Below, in pieces: positions 48,623 to 57,604 of a DNA stretch of 64,000 nt; positions within the stretch are counted from its first letter, which is position 1; each line of letters starts with the position of its first letter. The notes below the pieces were generated by a model. It was not told where the DNA came from, ran no database searches, and saw only the letters and a list, made by a program, of their open reading frames with translations. Where the stretch lies: positions 8,263 through 72,262 of the forward strand of contig JAQTSY010000002.1 in assembly GCA_028711065.1 (NCBI GenBank). Reading direction: 5' to 3'. The DNA is from Minisyncoccota bacterium (GTDB lineage Bacteria; Patescibacteriota; Minisyncoccia; Phycocordibacterales; JAQTLZ01). Position numbers and translations under genes: made by a program.

Positions 48623-48913
48623 GAAGAACATGAGCGCATCTCCTTGAAATGAGGTTAGACGGACACAATTTCGGCATTCTTCCCCTGTCTACTATATTAG
48701 CATATTTATGTCTAAAAGTCAATCTCTGTTTTGGCCCTCTCCGGCTTGATAATTTGGTCCCTTTGCCGTCTCATATTGTCGAGAAGCCCTGTTTCTTTTT
48801 GCATTTTTTTGAATTCCCAACTTTTTGGGTGAAATTCTTATACACTTCTCAATATGTCGAAATGATTGGATAATGCAGGGAAAGGTAACTATTATTCACT
48901 AATAAAAAACTCT

Positions 48914-49276
48914 ATGACAAATGAGAAAAAAGTTGAGTGGCTGCTCCGCATCGGAGTAGCGGGGGAGTTTGCAGGGCACGGCCTTCTTGCTGTGCAGGGG
49001 AAAGCAGATTGGATTGGCTGGATCAGTCAAATGATTCATGTCGATACCGCGACTGCGACGACACTGCTTCTTATTATCGGCATTACGGATGTCATTATGG
49101 CTATTATTGTTCTCGTAAAACCTATCCGCATTCTTCTCCTCTGGATGGCTCTTTGGGGTTTCTGGACAGCACTCCTTCGACCATTGGTGGGGCAGTCAGT
49201 ACTCGACTTTGTTGAACGTTCGGCAAATTGGGCTGCGCCTTTAGCTCTCTATTATTTCTATAGATCCCGACAATAA
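48914..49276 (+). CDS. DoxX-like small membrane protein
   Basis: WLLRIGVAGEFAGHGLLAV...TM helices typical of DoxX family; followed by terminator 49293-49325. Confidence 0.5.
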   Translation: MTNEKKVEWLLRIGVAGEFAGHGLLAVQGKADWIGWISQMIHVDTATATTLLLIIGITDVIMAIIVLVKPIRILLLWMALWGFWTALLRPLVGQSVLDFVERSANWAAPLALYYFYRSRQ

Positions 49277-49292
49277 ACCCTCATCCATAAAA

Positions 49293-49325
49293 AAGCAAAA
49301 CCGCCTCAGGGCGGTTTTGCTTTGC
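49293..49325 (+). terminator. Hairpin gcaaaaccgccc-tcag-ggcggttttgc
   Basis: 12-bp stem, T-rich tail. Confidence 0.6.
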
Positions 49326-49326
49326 T

Positions 49327-49355
49327 TGACAGTATACCCCCTGGGGGTATATGCT
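49327..49355 (+). promoter_or_regulatory. csoR-copA promoter (-35 TTGACA 49327-49332) with 17-bp perfect CsoR-type operator palindrome ATACCCCCTGGGGGTAT (49335-49351) in the spacer
   Basis: GC-rich pseudo-palindrome of the type bound by CsoR-family repressors, placed between -35 and -10. Confidence 0.6.
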
Positions 49356-49362
49356 TGTGTGT

Positions 49363-49626
49363 ATGACAAATACCAAACAAAAAATGGTTCGACGGCTCAA
49401 GATTATTGAGGGACAAGTGCGGGGGTTACAAGAAATGATCGAGAAAGGAAAATATTGTATCGATATCATCACCCAGACATCTGCGGTGAAGCAGGCGCTT
49501 TCGGGCGTAGAAGATACGCTTATGGAAAATCATTTGAACACGTGCGTAGTGCATCAGATGCAGAAAGGCAAAGAGGGCACTGCGGTCAAAGAAGTTTTGA
49601 AAGTGTATCGACTCAAACGCAAATAA
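49363..49626 (+). CDS. csoR: CsoR/RcnR-family metal-sensing transcriptional repressor
   Basis: [36 protein letters not shown]...ENHLNTCV with Cys-His-Cys ligand pattern. Confidence 0.85.
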   Translation: MTNTKQKMVRRLKIIEGQVRGLQEMIEKGKYCIDIITQTSAVKQALSGVEDTLMENHLNTCVVHQMQKGKEGTAVKEVLKVYRLKRK

Positions 49627-49631
49627 AATAT

Positions 49632-51911
49632 ATGAGCACTCAAAAAACATTTCGCGTCCGTGGAATGCACTGCGCCTCATGCGCAGGGATTATTGAAAAG
49701 ACTTTCAAAAAGACTCTGGGCGTGGCTTCTGCCGAAGTAAATTATGGAACTGAAAAGGCTAAAGTCTCATATGACGAATCAAAAATAAGTCCTCATCACC
49801 TTTCAAAAAAGATAGAACCGCTTGGGTATTCTCTTGTCACTGAAGATATGACGGCAGAACAAATGGGGATGTCCGCCGATGAACATGCCGCTCATATAGG
49901 CTTGAGTCAATCAAAGCGGGAAAAACTTGCCGAGATTCGCTCAATTCGAAACAAAGTGGTTTCAGTCATCCCTCTCGCTGTCGTGAGTATCTTGTTTATG
50001 GTGTGGGACATTGTTGGGGGAATGTCTGCATCTGTAGAAACTTTTTTCAAATATTTCCTTCCGATTTCTGCAACCTACACGCTTTTCTATGTTGGAAAGC
50101 CATACCTTCAGGGTTTTGGCCGGTTTCTCCGCTTTGGCCATGCAAACATGGACACGCTTATTGGTATCGGCACTTCGGTCGCCTATGTATATAGTCTCGC
50201 AATTATTTTTATCCCGACCTTCTCACAATTTGTCGGCAATTCCAATACTTTCTTTGATGTCACTATTATCGTCATCACATTTATCGCACTTGGAAAATAT
50301 TTGGAAGCGCGTTCAAAATTAAAAACCGGGGATGCTATCGAGAAACTTTTAAATCTTCAAGCAAAGACGGCTCTTGTGTTGCGGGGTGGGAAAGAAGTCG
50401 AAATTTCCTTTTCCGATGTGAAGCATGGAGATTTGGTAATTGTAAAACCAGCACAGAAAATTCCGGTTGATGGAGAGGTCACGGAAGGGAATTCGTTCAT
50501 TGATGAATCGATGATAATGGGAGAGCCGATTCCGGTAGAAAAAAATATCGGTGATCGGGTCGTGGGGGGAACGATGAACACGACAGGGTATTTTGTATTT
50601 AAAGCCACAAAAGTTGGTGATGAGACAGTACTGGCGCACATTATTAAGGTCGTCGAAGAGGCGCAGGGAAGCAAAGCTCCAATCCAAGCTTTGGCAGATA
50701 AAATCTCGGCTGTTTTTGTGCCGATTGTCCTCGTACTATCTTTTGTAACTCTAGGGCTATGGCTTGTCCTCGGTTCGCACTATCTTGGATTTTCGCAAGC
50801 ACTCTCGGACGGCCTCGTTTCTTTTGTTGGAATTCTGGTCATTGCGTGTCCCTGCGCGCTTGGGCTCGCGACCCCGACCGCGATCATTGTTGGAGTCGGC
50901 AAGGGAGCAAAAGAGGGAATTTTAATTAAAGATGCCGCGTCTCTCGAGAAACTGCATCTTGCAAATGTCGTAGTGGTGGATAAAACAGGTACGATTACCA
51001 AAGGGAAACCGGAACTTATCGATGTAATTTGCGCTCAAAATCAAAACAAAGACGAGGTCATTTCGATTCTCGCATCTTTGGAAAAAAGATCAGAGCATCC
51101 GATTGCTCATGCTATTGTCGCGCATGCAAAAGAGAATAAAATAGATTTCTTAAATGTACAGAATTTTGAGATTGTAAAAGGAAAAGGTCTGAGCGGAGTA
51201 ATAAATGGAAAACAGTATTTTGCCGGGAGTGCAAAATTTGCAGAAAGTTTTGGTCTCGCTTTTGATTACAGGACGATAGAAAACGAAACTCACGAAGGAA
51301 AATCTCCCGTTGTTCTTTTTACCAGAGAGTCTGTACTTGGTGTGGCTTTGGTTGCTGATAAGATAAAAGAAGAAGCTGTTCAGGCAGTCAAAAATCTCCA
51401 GGCGCTTGGTATCAAAGTAGTAATGCTTACCGGAGATAATAAAAACACCGCCCATTTTATCGCGAAAAAGGCCGGAATTACGGACGTGGTATCAGACGCT
51501 TTACCAGAAGAAAAATTGAAAGAAATACAGAGACTTCAGTCAAATGGAAATATTGTGGCTATGGCGGGGGATGGAATTAATGATGCTCCTGCGCTTGCGC
51601 AAGCCGATATCGGAATTGCTATGAGCACCGGGACAGATGTGGCAATCGAAACTGCTGGAATCATTCTTCTTCACGGAGATATTTCAAAATTAATGAAAGC
51701 AATTCGACTCTCGAAACTCACGATGCGAGGCATTAAGCAAAATCTTTTCTGGGCATTCTTTTACAACATTGTCGGCATTCCTTTGGCGGCTGGTGCATTC
51801 TATCCAGTGTTTGGAATCCTTTTGAATCCTGTTTTTGCGGGAATGGCTATGGCCTTGTCGAGTGTGTCTGTGGTTTCAAACTCATTACGAATTAAAGCGA
51901 AAAAATTATAA
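49632..51911 (+). CDS. copA: copper-translocating P1B-type ATPase
   Basis: N-terminal HMA (GMHCASCA), CPC motif [29 protein letters not shown]. Confidence 0.95.
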   Translation: MSTQKTFRVRGMHCASCAGIIEKTFKKTLGVASAEVNYGTEKAKVSYDESKISPHHLSKKIEPLGYSLVTEDMTAEQMGMSADEHAAHIGLSQSKREKLAEIRSIRNKVVSVIPLAVVSILFMVWDIVGGMSASVETFFKYFLPISATYTLFYVGKPYLQGFGRFLRFGHANMDTLIGIGTSVAYVYSLAIIFIPTFSQFVGNSNTFFDVTIIVITFIALGKYLEARSKLKTGDAIEKLLNLQAKTALVLRGGKEVEISFSDVKHGDLVIVKPAQKIPVDGEVTEGNSFIDESMIMGEPIPVEKNIGDRVVGGTMNTTGYFVFKATKVGDETVLAHIIKVVEEAQGSKAPIQALADKISAVFVPIVLVLSFVTLGLWLVLGSHYLGFSQALSDGLVSFVGILVIACPCALGLATPTAIIVGVGKGAKEGILIKDAASLEKLHLANVVVVDKTGTITKGKPELIDVICAQNQNKDEVISILASLEKRSEHPIAHAIVAHAKENKIDFLNVQNFEIVKGKGLSGVINGKQYFAGSAKFAESFGLAFDYRTIENETHEGKSPVVLFTRESVLGVALVADKIKEEAVQAVKNLQALGIKVVMLTGDNKNTAHFIAKKAGITDVVSDALPEEKLKEIQRLQSNGNIVAMAGDGINDAPALAQADIGIAMSTGTDVAIETAGIILLHGDISKLMKAIRLSKLTMRGIKQNLFWAFFYNIVGIPLAAGAFYPVFGILLNPVFAGMAMALSSVSVVSNSLRIKAKKL

Positions 51912-51914
51912 TTT

Positions 51915-52940
51915 ATGAGCGCACAAACATATACTTTTCATGTTCACGGAATGCATTGCCGAGCTTGCGAGCTTATGACGGAAAGTGAGATCGGCGACTT
52001 GCCGAATATTTCGAGTGTGAAATCGAGTTTTAAAAATCACTCGGTAGAAGTTGTGGGGGATTTCGGCGCCAAAACTCCGGAACAAATCGCCGAAGAGCTT
52101 ACCGTGCCCCTGAAACCCCACGGATACACAGTTTCTATCGAAAAACAAAACCATTCCGCAAAATGGGGAGATTTTAAAATTGCTGTGCCGATTGCCCTTG
52201 GGTTTGCCGTTTTATTTGTGCTTCTACAAAAACTTGGCATTGTAAATCTCGTGAATGCTGGAAATGTCACATACGGGACAGCATTCGTGATCGGTATCAT
52301 TGCTTCACTTTCGACGTGTATGGCAGTTGTCGGAGGACTTCTTCTCTCAATGTCGGCGACGTTTGCCAAAGAGGGTGATAAGGTAAAGCCGCAACTTATG
52401 TTCCACGGAGGACGGATTGTTTCATTCTTTATTCTCGGCGGAGCGATTGGTGCGATTGGTTCTGCGTTTACTCTCAACACATCAGCGACATTTATCCTAA
52501 GCCTCATTATTGGCATTGTGATGCTTATTCTCGGTGTGAATCTTCTCGACGTCTTCCACTTTGCAAAAAAGCTCCAGCCCAGTATGCCGAAATTTATTGC
52601 AAAGCATGCTCACGGCGTATCCAAATTCAATCACACACTTACCCCGCTTCTTGTTGGTGTCGCCACATTTTTCTTGCCGTGCGGGTTTACGCAATCAATG
52701 CAACTCTATACTTTGACGACCGGGAGTTTTTTGAAAGGAGGACTCACTATGCTTGCCTTTGCGCTCGGCACACTTCCGGTTCTTGCACTTGTAAGTTTCA
52801 GCTCATTCAGTATGAAAAATAATTCGAAATCTGGAATTTTTTTCAAGAGTGCTGGGCTCGTAGTAATTCTCTTTGCTCTTTTTAATTTAATAAATAGCTT
52901 GGTTGTAGTTGGAATTATTTCACCCGTGTTCAATTTCTGA
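51915..52940 (+). CDS. HMA-domain fused to polytopic membrane domain (DsbD_2/TauE-like); putative metal-handling membrane protein
   Basis: N-terminal GMHCRAC metal-binding fold, then 6+ TM segments with LPCGFTQS motif. Confidence 0.75.
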   Translation: MSAQTYTFHVHGMHCRACELMTESEIGDLPNISSVKSSFKNHSVEVVGDFGAKTPEQIAEELTVPLKPHGYTVSIEKQNHSAKWGDFKIAVPIALGFAVLFVLLQKLGIVNLVNAGNVTYGTAFVIGIIASLSTCMAVVGGLLLSMSATFAKEGDKVKPQLMFHGGRIVSFFILGGAIGAIGSAFTLNTSATFILSLIIGIVMLILGVNLLDVFHFAKKLQPSMPKFIAKHAHGVSKFNHTLTPLLVGVATFFLPCGFTQSMQLYTLTTGSFLKGGLTMLAFALGTLPVLALVSFSSFSMKNNSKSGIFFKSAGLVVILFALFNLINSLVVVGIISPVFNF

Positions 52941-52953
52941 TAAACTTACAAAC

Positions 52954-53337
52954 ATGAAGGCAACTATTATTTCCATCATAATTTTCGTAGCTCTTATCGG
53001 AGGAGCCTTTCTTCTCACGAGAGGTGTTTCCAATACTCCAGTCGCAAACGCAAACAACGTAACTATAGTTGACGGAAAACAAATTATCGAAATTCATGCG
53101 AAAGGTGGATATCAGCCGAGAAAGAGTATTGCAAAAGCTGGCATTCCCACCATTCTTCGATTTGATACAAGCGGAACATTCGACTGTTCATCTTCTGTCC
53201 GAATCCCGAGTATGAATATCTCGAGACTTCTTCCGCAGACCGGCACAACAGATATTGATATAGGAAATCAGCAAGTGGCAACCCTTCGAGGGACTTGTGG
53301 AATGGGAATGTATCCATTTGAAGTGACATTTAACTAG
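52954..53337 (+). CDS. small membrane-anchored cupredoxin-like protein (putative)
   Basis: TM anchor IISIIIFVALIGGAFLL; C-terminal CSSS...TCGMGMYPFEVTF Cys/Met-rich motif; typical partner of the HMA-membrane protein in copper cassettes. Confidence 0.45.
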   Translation: MKATIISIIIFVALIGGAFLLTRGVSNTPVANANNVTIVDGKQIIEIHAKGGYQPRKSIAKAGIPTILRFDTSGTFDCSSSVRIPSMNISRLLPQTGTTDIDIGNQQVATLRGTCGMGMYPFEVTFN

Positions 53338-53468
53338 AGTGGTTTCCTTTTGCATTTTTCCCGACTTTGCGGTACTCTAGTGCTACGTTATTTAGGCCTC
53401 TGGCCTTTTATTTATTTGTTTAATTTTAAGCTACAAGCCACAAGCTAACAGCTACAAGCTAATTTATC

Positions 53469-55622
53469 ATGGAAAGAGACTATCCACTCGCAAAAGTCCG
53501 TAACTTCGGCATCATCGCGCACATCGACGCCGGGAAGACCACCACATCCGAGCGAATTTTGTATTACACGGGAGAAATTCATAAGATCGGCGAGGTGCAC
53601 GAAGGCGAGACGACGACCGACTGGATGGAACAGGAACGAGAGCGAGGCATTACTATTACCGCCGCTGCGATTACTTGTTTTTGGAACAAGACCGATCTTC
53701 CCGATCGTTCAAAGAAAGAAACAAAATATCGTTTCAATGTAATCGATACCCCTGGGCACATCGACTTTACCGTAGAGGTAAAGCGATCTTTGCGAGTACT
53801 CGACGGAGCTGTGGTGGTATTCGACGGAGTGGCCGGAGTAGAACCGCAATCAGAAACGAACTGGAGATATGCCGACGAGGGAAACGTGCCTCGAATCTGT
53901 TTCATCAACAAGCTCGACCGAACAGGCGGAAGCTTTGAGCGATCATTCCAATCAATCCTCAATCGTTTGAATAAAAACGCTGTCCGAATGCAGCTTCCTA
54001 TCGGAGAAGAAGAAAAATTTGAGGGAGTTATCGACCTTCTCAAAATGAAGGCGTACTACTTCGAAGGGGAAATGGGAGGCACTATTGTTGAAAAAGAAAT
54101 TCCTGCTGAATATCTCGAATCTGCACAGAAATATCGAAATGAACTCGTAGAGAAAATTGTTGAGCGAGATGAGAAGCTTATGAACGAGTACTTTGAAGGA
54201 AAAGTTCCTCCAGTAGACGTGCTTAAGAAACTGCTTCGAGAAGCATGTCTCAAAGTAGAGATCGTTCCTGTATTCACCGGTTCTGCTCTTAAGAACAAGG
54301 GAGTTCAGCTTGTACTCGATGCTGTCGTTGATTATCTTCCTTCGCCTCTCGATATTCCTCCTATCAAAGGAATTGATCCAAATACAGATCAGATTATTGA
54401 ACGACATGCTGATGATTCTGAACCATTTGCTGCACTCGCATTCAAATTGCAAAGCGATCCATTCGTAGGACAGCTTACCTTCTTCCGAGTCTATTCTGGA
54501 ACACTCGAAGCTGGTTCATATATTTACAACGTCACAAGCGGGAAGAAAGAGCGACTCGGACGAATCGTTAGACTTCAGGCTGACAAGCGCGAAGAAGTGA
54601 AGAAAGTATTTGCCGGAGAAATTGCCGCCGCTGTAGGACTCAAAGAAGCGAAAACTTCAGATACTTTCTGTGACGAAAATCATCCGATCATTCTTGAAAG
54701 AATTAAATTCATGGAGCCGGTGATTTCTCTTCGCATTGAACCAAAGACAAAAGCTGACCAGGAGAAAATGGGATTTGCTTTGAAGCGTCTTTCTGATGAA
54801 GATCCTACTTTCAAAGTGGTTGCTGATTCTGAAACAGGGGAAACGGTTATCAAAGGTATGGGAGAGCTTCAGCTTGAAATTATGGTTGACCGAATGAAAC
54901 GAGAATTCGGCGTTGAAGCAAATGTCGGTAAGCCTCAAGTTGCGTACAAAGAAACAATTCAGGGTTCAGCAGAGGCAGAACATAAATACATCAAGCAGTC
55001 TGGAGGTAAGGGACAATACGGACACGTGCGAATTACGATCAAACCGCTCGAACCGCTCGAGCTTGCGGAAGGAAAGAAAATTCCGAAGAACGTACACCGA
55101 GAAGAAGAATTTGAATTCATCGATAATATTAAAGGAGGTGTTATCCCAAACGAATTTATTCCAGCTGTTGAAAAAGGAGTGAAAGAAGCGATGGAGAGAG
55201 GAATTGTTGCCGGATACAAGATGGTGAATGTTTCTTGCGAACTTACCTTCGGATCGTATCACGATGTGGACTCGTCTGAAATTGCCTACAAGATCGCTGC
55301 TTCGCAAGCTTTCCAAGATGCTGCGAAGAGAGCAAAGCCTGTCATTCTCGAACCGATTATGAAAGTGGAAGTGGTTACACCGGATAAATTCATGGGAGAC
55401 ATCACTGGACATCTTTCTTCAAAACGAGCAGTGATCGACGGTATGAGCGAGAGGGGAATGAACAAAGTGATTGATGCAAAAGTTCCACTCGCTGAAATGT
55501 TCAGCTATGTGACGACCCTTCGTTCGATGTCAGAAGGACGAGCAAGCTATACAATGGAATTTGATCACTACGAGGCTGTTCCACCAAACGTTGCGACTAC
55601 GATCATAGAAGCCCGTAAATAA
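53469..55622 (+). CDS. fusA: elongation factor G
   Basis: G1-G5 motifs (AHIDAGKTTT, DTPGH, NKLD), domains II-V. Confidence 0.97.
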   Translation: MERDYPLAKVRNFGIIAHIDAGKTTTSERILYYTGEIHKIGEVHEGETTTDWMEQERERGITITAAAITCFWNKTDLPDRSKKETKYRFNVIDTPGHIDFTVEVKRSLRVLDGAVVVFDGVAGVEPQSETNWRYADEGNVPRICFINKLDRTGGSFERSFQSILNRLNKNAVRMQLPIGEEEKFEGVIDLLKMKAYYFEGEMGGTIVEKEIPAEYLESAQKYRNELVEKIVERDEKLMNEYFEGKVPPVDVLKKLLREACLKVEIVPVFTGSALKNKGVQLVLDAVVDYLPSPLDIPPIKGIDPNTDQIIERHADDSEPFAALAFKLQSDPFVGQLTFFRVYSGTLEAGSYIYNVTSGKKERLGRIVRLQADKREEVKKVFAGEIAAAVGLKEAKTSDTFCDENHPIILERIKFMEPVISLRIEPKTKADQEKMGFALKRLSDEDPTFKVVADSETGETVIKGMGELQLEIMVDRMKREFGVEANVGKPQVAYKETIQGSAEAEHKYIKQSGGKGQYGHVRITIKPLEPLELAEGKKIPKNVHREEEFEFIDNIKGGVIPNEFIPAVEKGVKEAMERGIVAGYKMVNVSCELTFGSYHDVDSSEIAYKIAASQAFQDAAKRAKPVILEPIMKVEVVTPDKFMGDITGHLSSKRAVIDGMSERGMNKVIDAKVPLAEMFSYVTTLRSMSEGRASYTMEFDHYEAVPPNVATTIIEARK

Positions 55623-55643
55623 TTTTCTCTATAACCACGAAGC

Positions 55644-55678
55644 CACGAAAAAAGCCCTCAACTGGGGCTTTTTTCGTG
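55644..55678. terminator. Long hairpin cacgaaaaaagccc-tcaact-gggcttttttcgtg after fusA
   Basis: 14-bp stem including A/T tracts; bidirectional. Confidence 0.65.
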
Positions 55679-55679
55679 C

Positions 55680-55688
55680 TGTGGATAA
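55680..55688. promoter_or_regulatory. DnaA-box-identical TGTGGATAA (10-mer TGTGGATAAC) abutting the -35 of the lipoprotein promoter
   Basis: Exact 10-mer, 2 nt upstream of TTGACA. Confidence 0.45.
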
Positions 55689-55690
55689 CC

Positions 55691-55720
55691 TTGACAAATA
55701 GGGTGCTTTGGTGGTATAAT
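55691..55720 (+). promoter_or_regulatory. Consensus sigma70-type promoter TTGACA-N18-TATAAT driving lipoprotein gene
   Basis: Perfect -35 and -10 hexamers. Confidence 0.6.
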
Positions 55721-55788
55721 ACAGGTACGTTAGGGCGTGCGCCCCGACCATTAAACGGAAATAGTTCTTCAAAGAAGGAGTGTGATTC

Positions 55789-56256
55789 ATGTGCAAGATC
55801 ATCACGTTCGCGAGCCCGTTTCTCTTCTTCATTTGCTTACTCACTGGCTGTTGCCGTGAGGAAGTGATGGAAGAGGGACAGTTCCGCGATGTTCCCTTGT
55901 CCTACGCCGGCGTTTCCGGCGAGTACAAGGTCTCGATCTCCTCCGAGCGCGAAGGAGAAAAACAGGTAACCCTCGATCCCATAGAGGGAAAGGGAGACCG
56001 GTTTTGGCGGATCTTCGCCAACATCACCACTTTTCAAGGGAAAACGGAAATCTCTCTCCACGTCTGGACGCCGAGTGACGAATGGAAGTTCGTCCACTAC
56101 AGAGTCTATGATAATGGAAAAGAGAAGTCCGTAAGGAAGCAGGGCGGCCGCTTCTCGAAAGAGGAGCTCAAGAGTGCGAAAGCACTTCTGAAGCAGGCGC
56201 TGGCGGACGTCGAGAACGACGAACACCGGCGGCCAACCCAGGTTTCCGAACCCTGA
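55789..56256 (+). CDS. lipoprotein (lipobox LLTGC), high-GC, foreign-looking
   Basis: AAGGAG SD 8 nt upstream; signal peptide plus LTGC lipobox; ~55% GC. Confidence 0.55.
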   Translation: MCKIITFASPFLFFICLLTGCCREEVMEEGQFRDVPLSYAGVSGEYKVSISSEREGEKQVTLDPIEGKGDRFWRIFANITTFQGKTEISLHVWTPSDEWKFVHYRVYDNGKEKSVRKQGGRFSKEELKSAKALLKQALADVENDEHRRPTQVSEP

Positions 56257-56363
56257 ACGATTGTCTACAATGATAGACAAAAATGCCACGCTCCCTGAGT
56301 GTGGCCTTTTTGATTCCCAATAATTCTCCACAGCTTGCCTAGAGCCTTTGCACTCTATGCTGT

Positions 56364-57587
56364 ATGATAAAAGCAATGGAACAAAAAGAGAAAAATCTCT
56401 TTGGGGCTTCTCTCAAATGTAAGAGTATAGAATTTTATCTCTGCCTCACTTTACTCGTCTTTGCTTCTTTCTCCATCGTAATCGAAAAAGTCGAAGCTTC
56501 TTTTAGTGATGATCCGAACTTCAAGGTTGAACTTATCACCAATCCAACTGCCACAACGGCCACGGTGCCGCCAGATTATAACGTAACTCTTACTGCTCGT
56601 GTTACTACTCCTCCCGCAGGAATATCGAAATTCATCTATACGATGATCTGCGATTACTATAACCCTGATGCTGGAATAGAAGAGTCGTGGATCCGTGCTG
56701 CTGGCGAGTATGGCGCTCCGATTGTCTATACTCCAGACACAACGTATACGATGTCAAAACCATGTGTATACTCTCATCCGAAAAGTTATGTTGATCCGGC
56801 TACTGGAAAGGCGGTCTATTTTCCCTATACGCCATTTATAAGAGTGGAGGGGAGAAATGAGCAGGGATGGGGCGCCCGAGCTATTGATTATAAGACGATA
56901 GACGTTTTTCCACCTTCGCCAGATGCGATAGGAAACAAAACTGCTACTCTCGTCTTTACGAACAAAGTCCTGCCAAGCAAAGAAGGATTTCCTTCAGTGA
57001 AGCAAGCAAGCGATTTCTCTGTGTTTGTTGATACGACAGAGTACCCGCTTGGAGACAGCGTCTCCATTCCCGTGACTCCCGGGTATCACTTGGTGAGTTT
57101 GGTCGGAGATCCTTATTATGACCAAACATCCTCTCCAGGTTGCAATACAGAATCTGTCTATGCCGGAGATAACGATGTAGCGACCTGCGCATTCACACAG
57201 ACATTCAAAGGCGGTTGGCTTACGGTAACCATAGATGGAGCATCGATAAATGGTTCCTATGACGCATTCACTCCGGTGCTTGCGGGAGGGTCTAATATTC
57301 AGAAATCTTTGAAGATTGGGGAAGCAACATATCTACCTATGGGTGTTTATAAAGTGAAAGAAAACCTCATCAATGCTCATAATCCGAAATTCAGCGGAGA
57401 TTGCAAAAAGCTTGGAGGGGGAGCTCTCTCGAAAATTGCGCAAGTGGTTGTCAATAATGGGACTCATTCCTATTGTCACATTACCAACAGTGGCCAATCG
57501 GCATTTCTAAGCGGACAAAGTTTTGTCGCGAATATATTGGGAGGATTCGGTTCTCTTTTCAACACCATTCAATCGATGTGGAAATAA
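56364..57587 (+). CDS. secreted hypothetical protein (407 aa)
   Basis: N-terminal anchor FYLCLTLLVFASFSIVI; alternative start 56376. Confidence 0.6.
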   Translation: MIKAMEQKEKNLFGASLKCKSIEFYLCLTLLVFASFSIVIEKVEASFSDDPNFKVELITNPTATTATVPPDYNVTLTARVTTPPAGISKFIYTMICDYYNPDAGIEESWIRAAGEYGAPIVYTPDTTYTMSKPCVYSHPKSYVDPATGKAVYFPYTPFIRVEGRNEQGWGARAIDYKTIDVFPPSPDAIGNKTATLVFTNKVLPSKEGFPSVKQASDFSVFVDTTEYPLGDSVSIPVTPGYHLVSLVGDPYYDQTSSPGCNTESVYAGDNDVATCAFTQTFKGGWLTVTIDGASINGSYDAFTPVLAGGSNIQKSLKIGEATYLPMGVYKVKENLINAHNPKFSGDCKKLGGGALSKIAQVVVNNGTHSYCHITNSGQSAFLSGQSFVANILGGFGSLFNTIQSMWK

Positions 57588-57604
57588 TCGAGATCTAAAA
57601 GGAT

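Noticed and set aside
48174-48722. 182-aa minus-strand ORF across the post-rpsG region
   Set aside because: Runs through two terminator hairpins and over the rpsG stop. The shorter in-frame-independent ORF 48386-48622 with SD and terminator is preferred.
48185-53468. Calling the copper cassette a mobile element
   Set aside because: No integrase, transposase, inverted terminal repeats or direct-repeat target duplications were recognisable at the boundaries.
55837-56376. 179-aa minus-strand ORF opposite the lipoprotein gene
   Set aside because: The plus-strand gene has promoter, SD, signal peptide and lipobox; the minus ORF is a GC-rich shadow.
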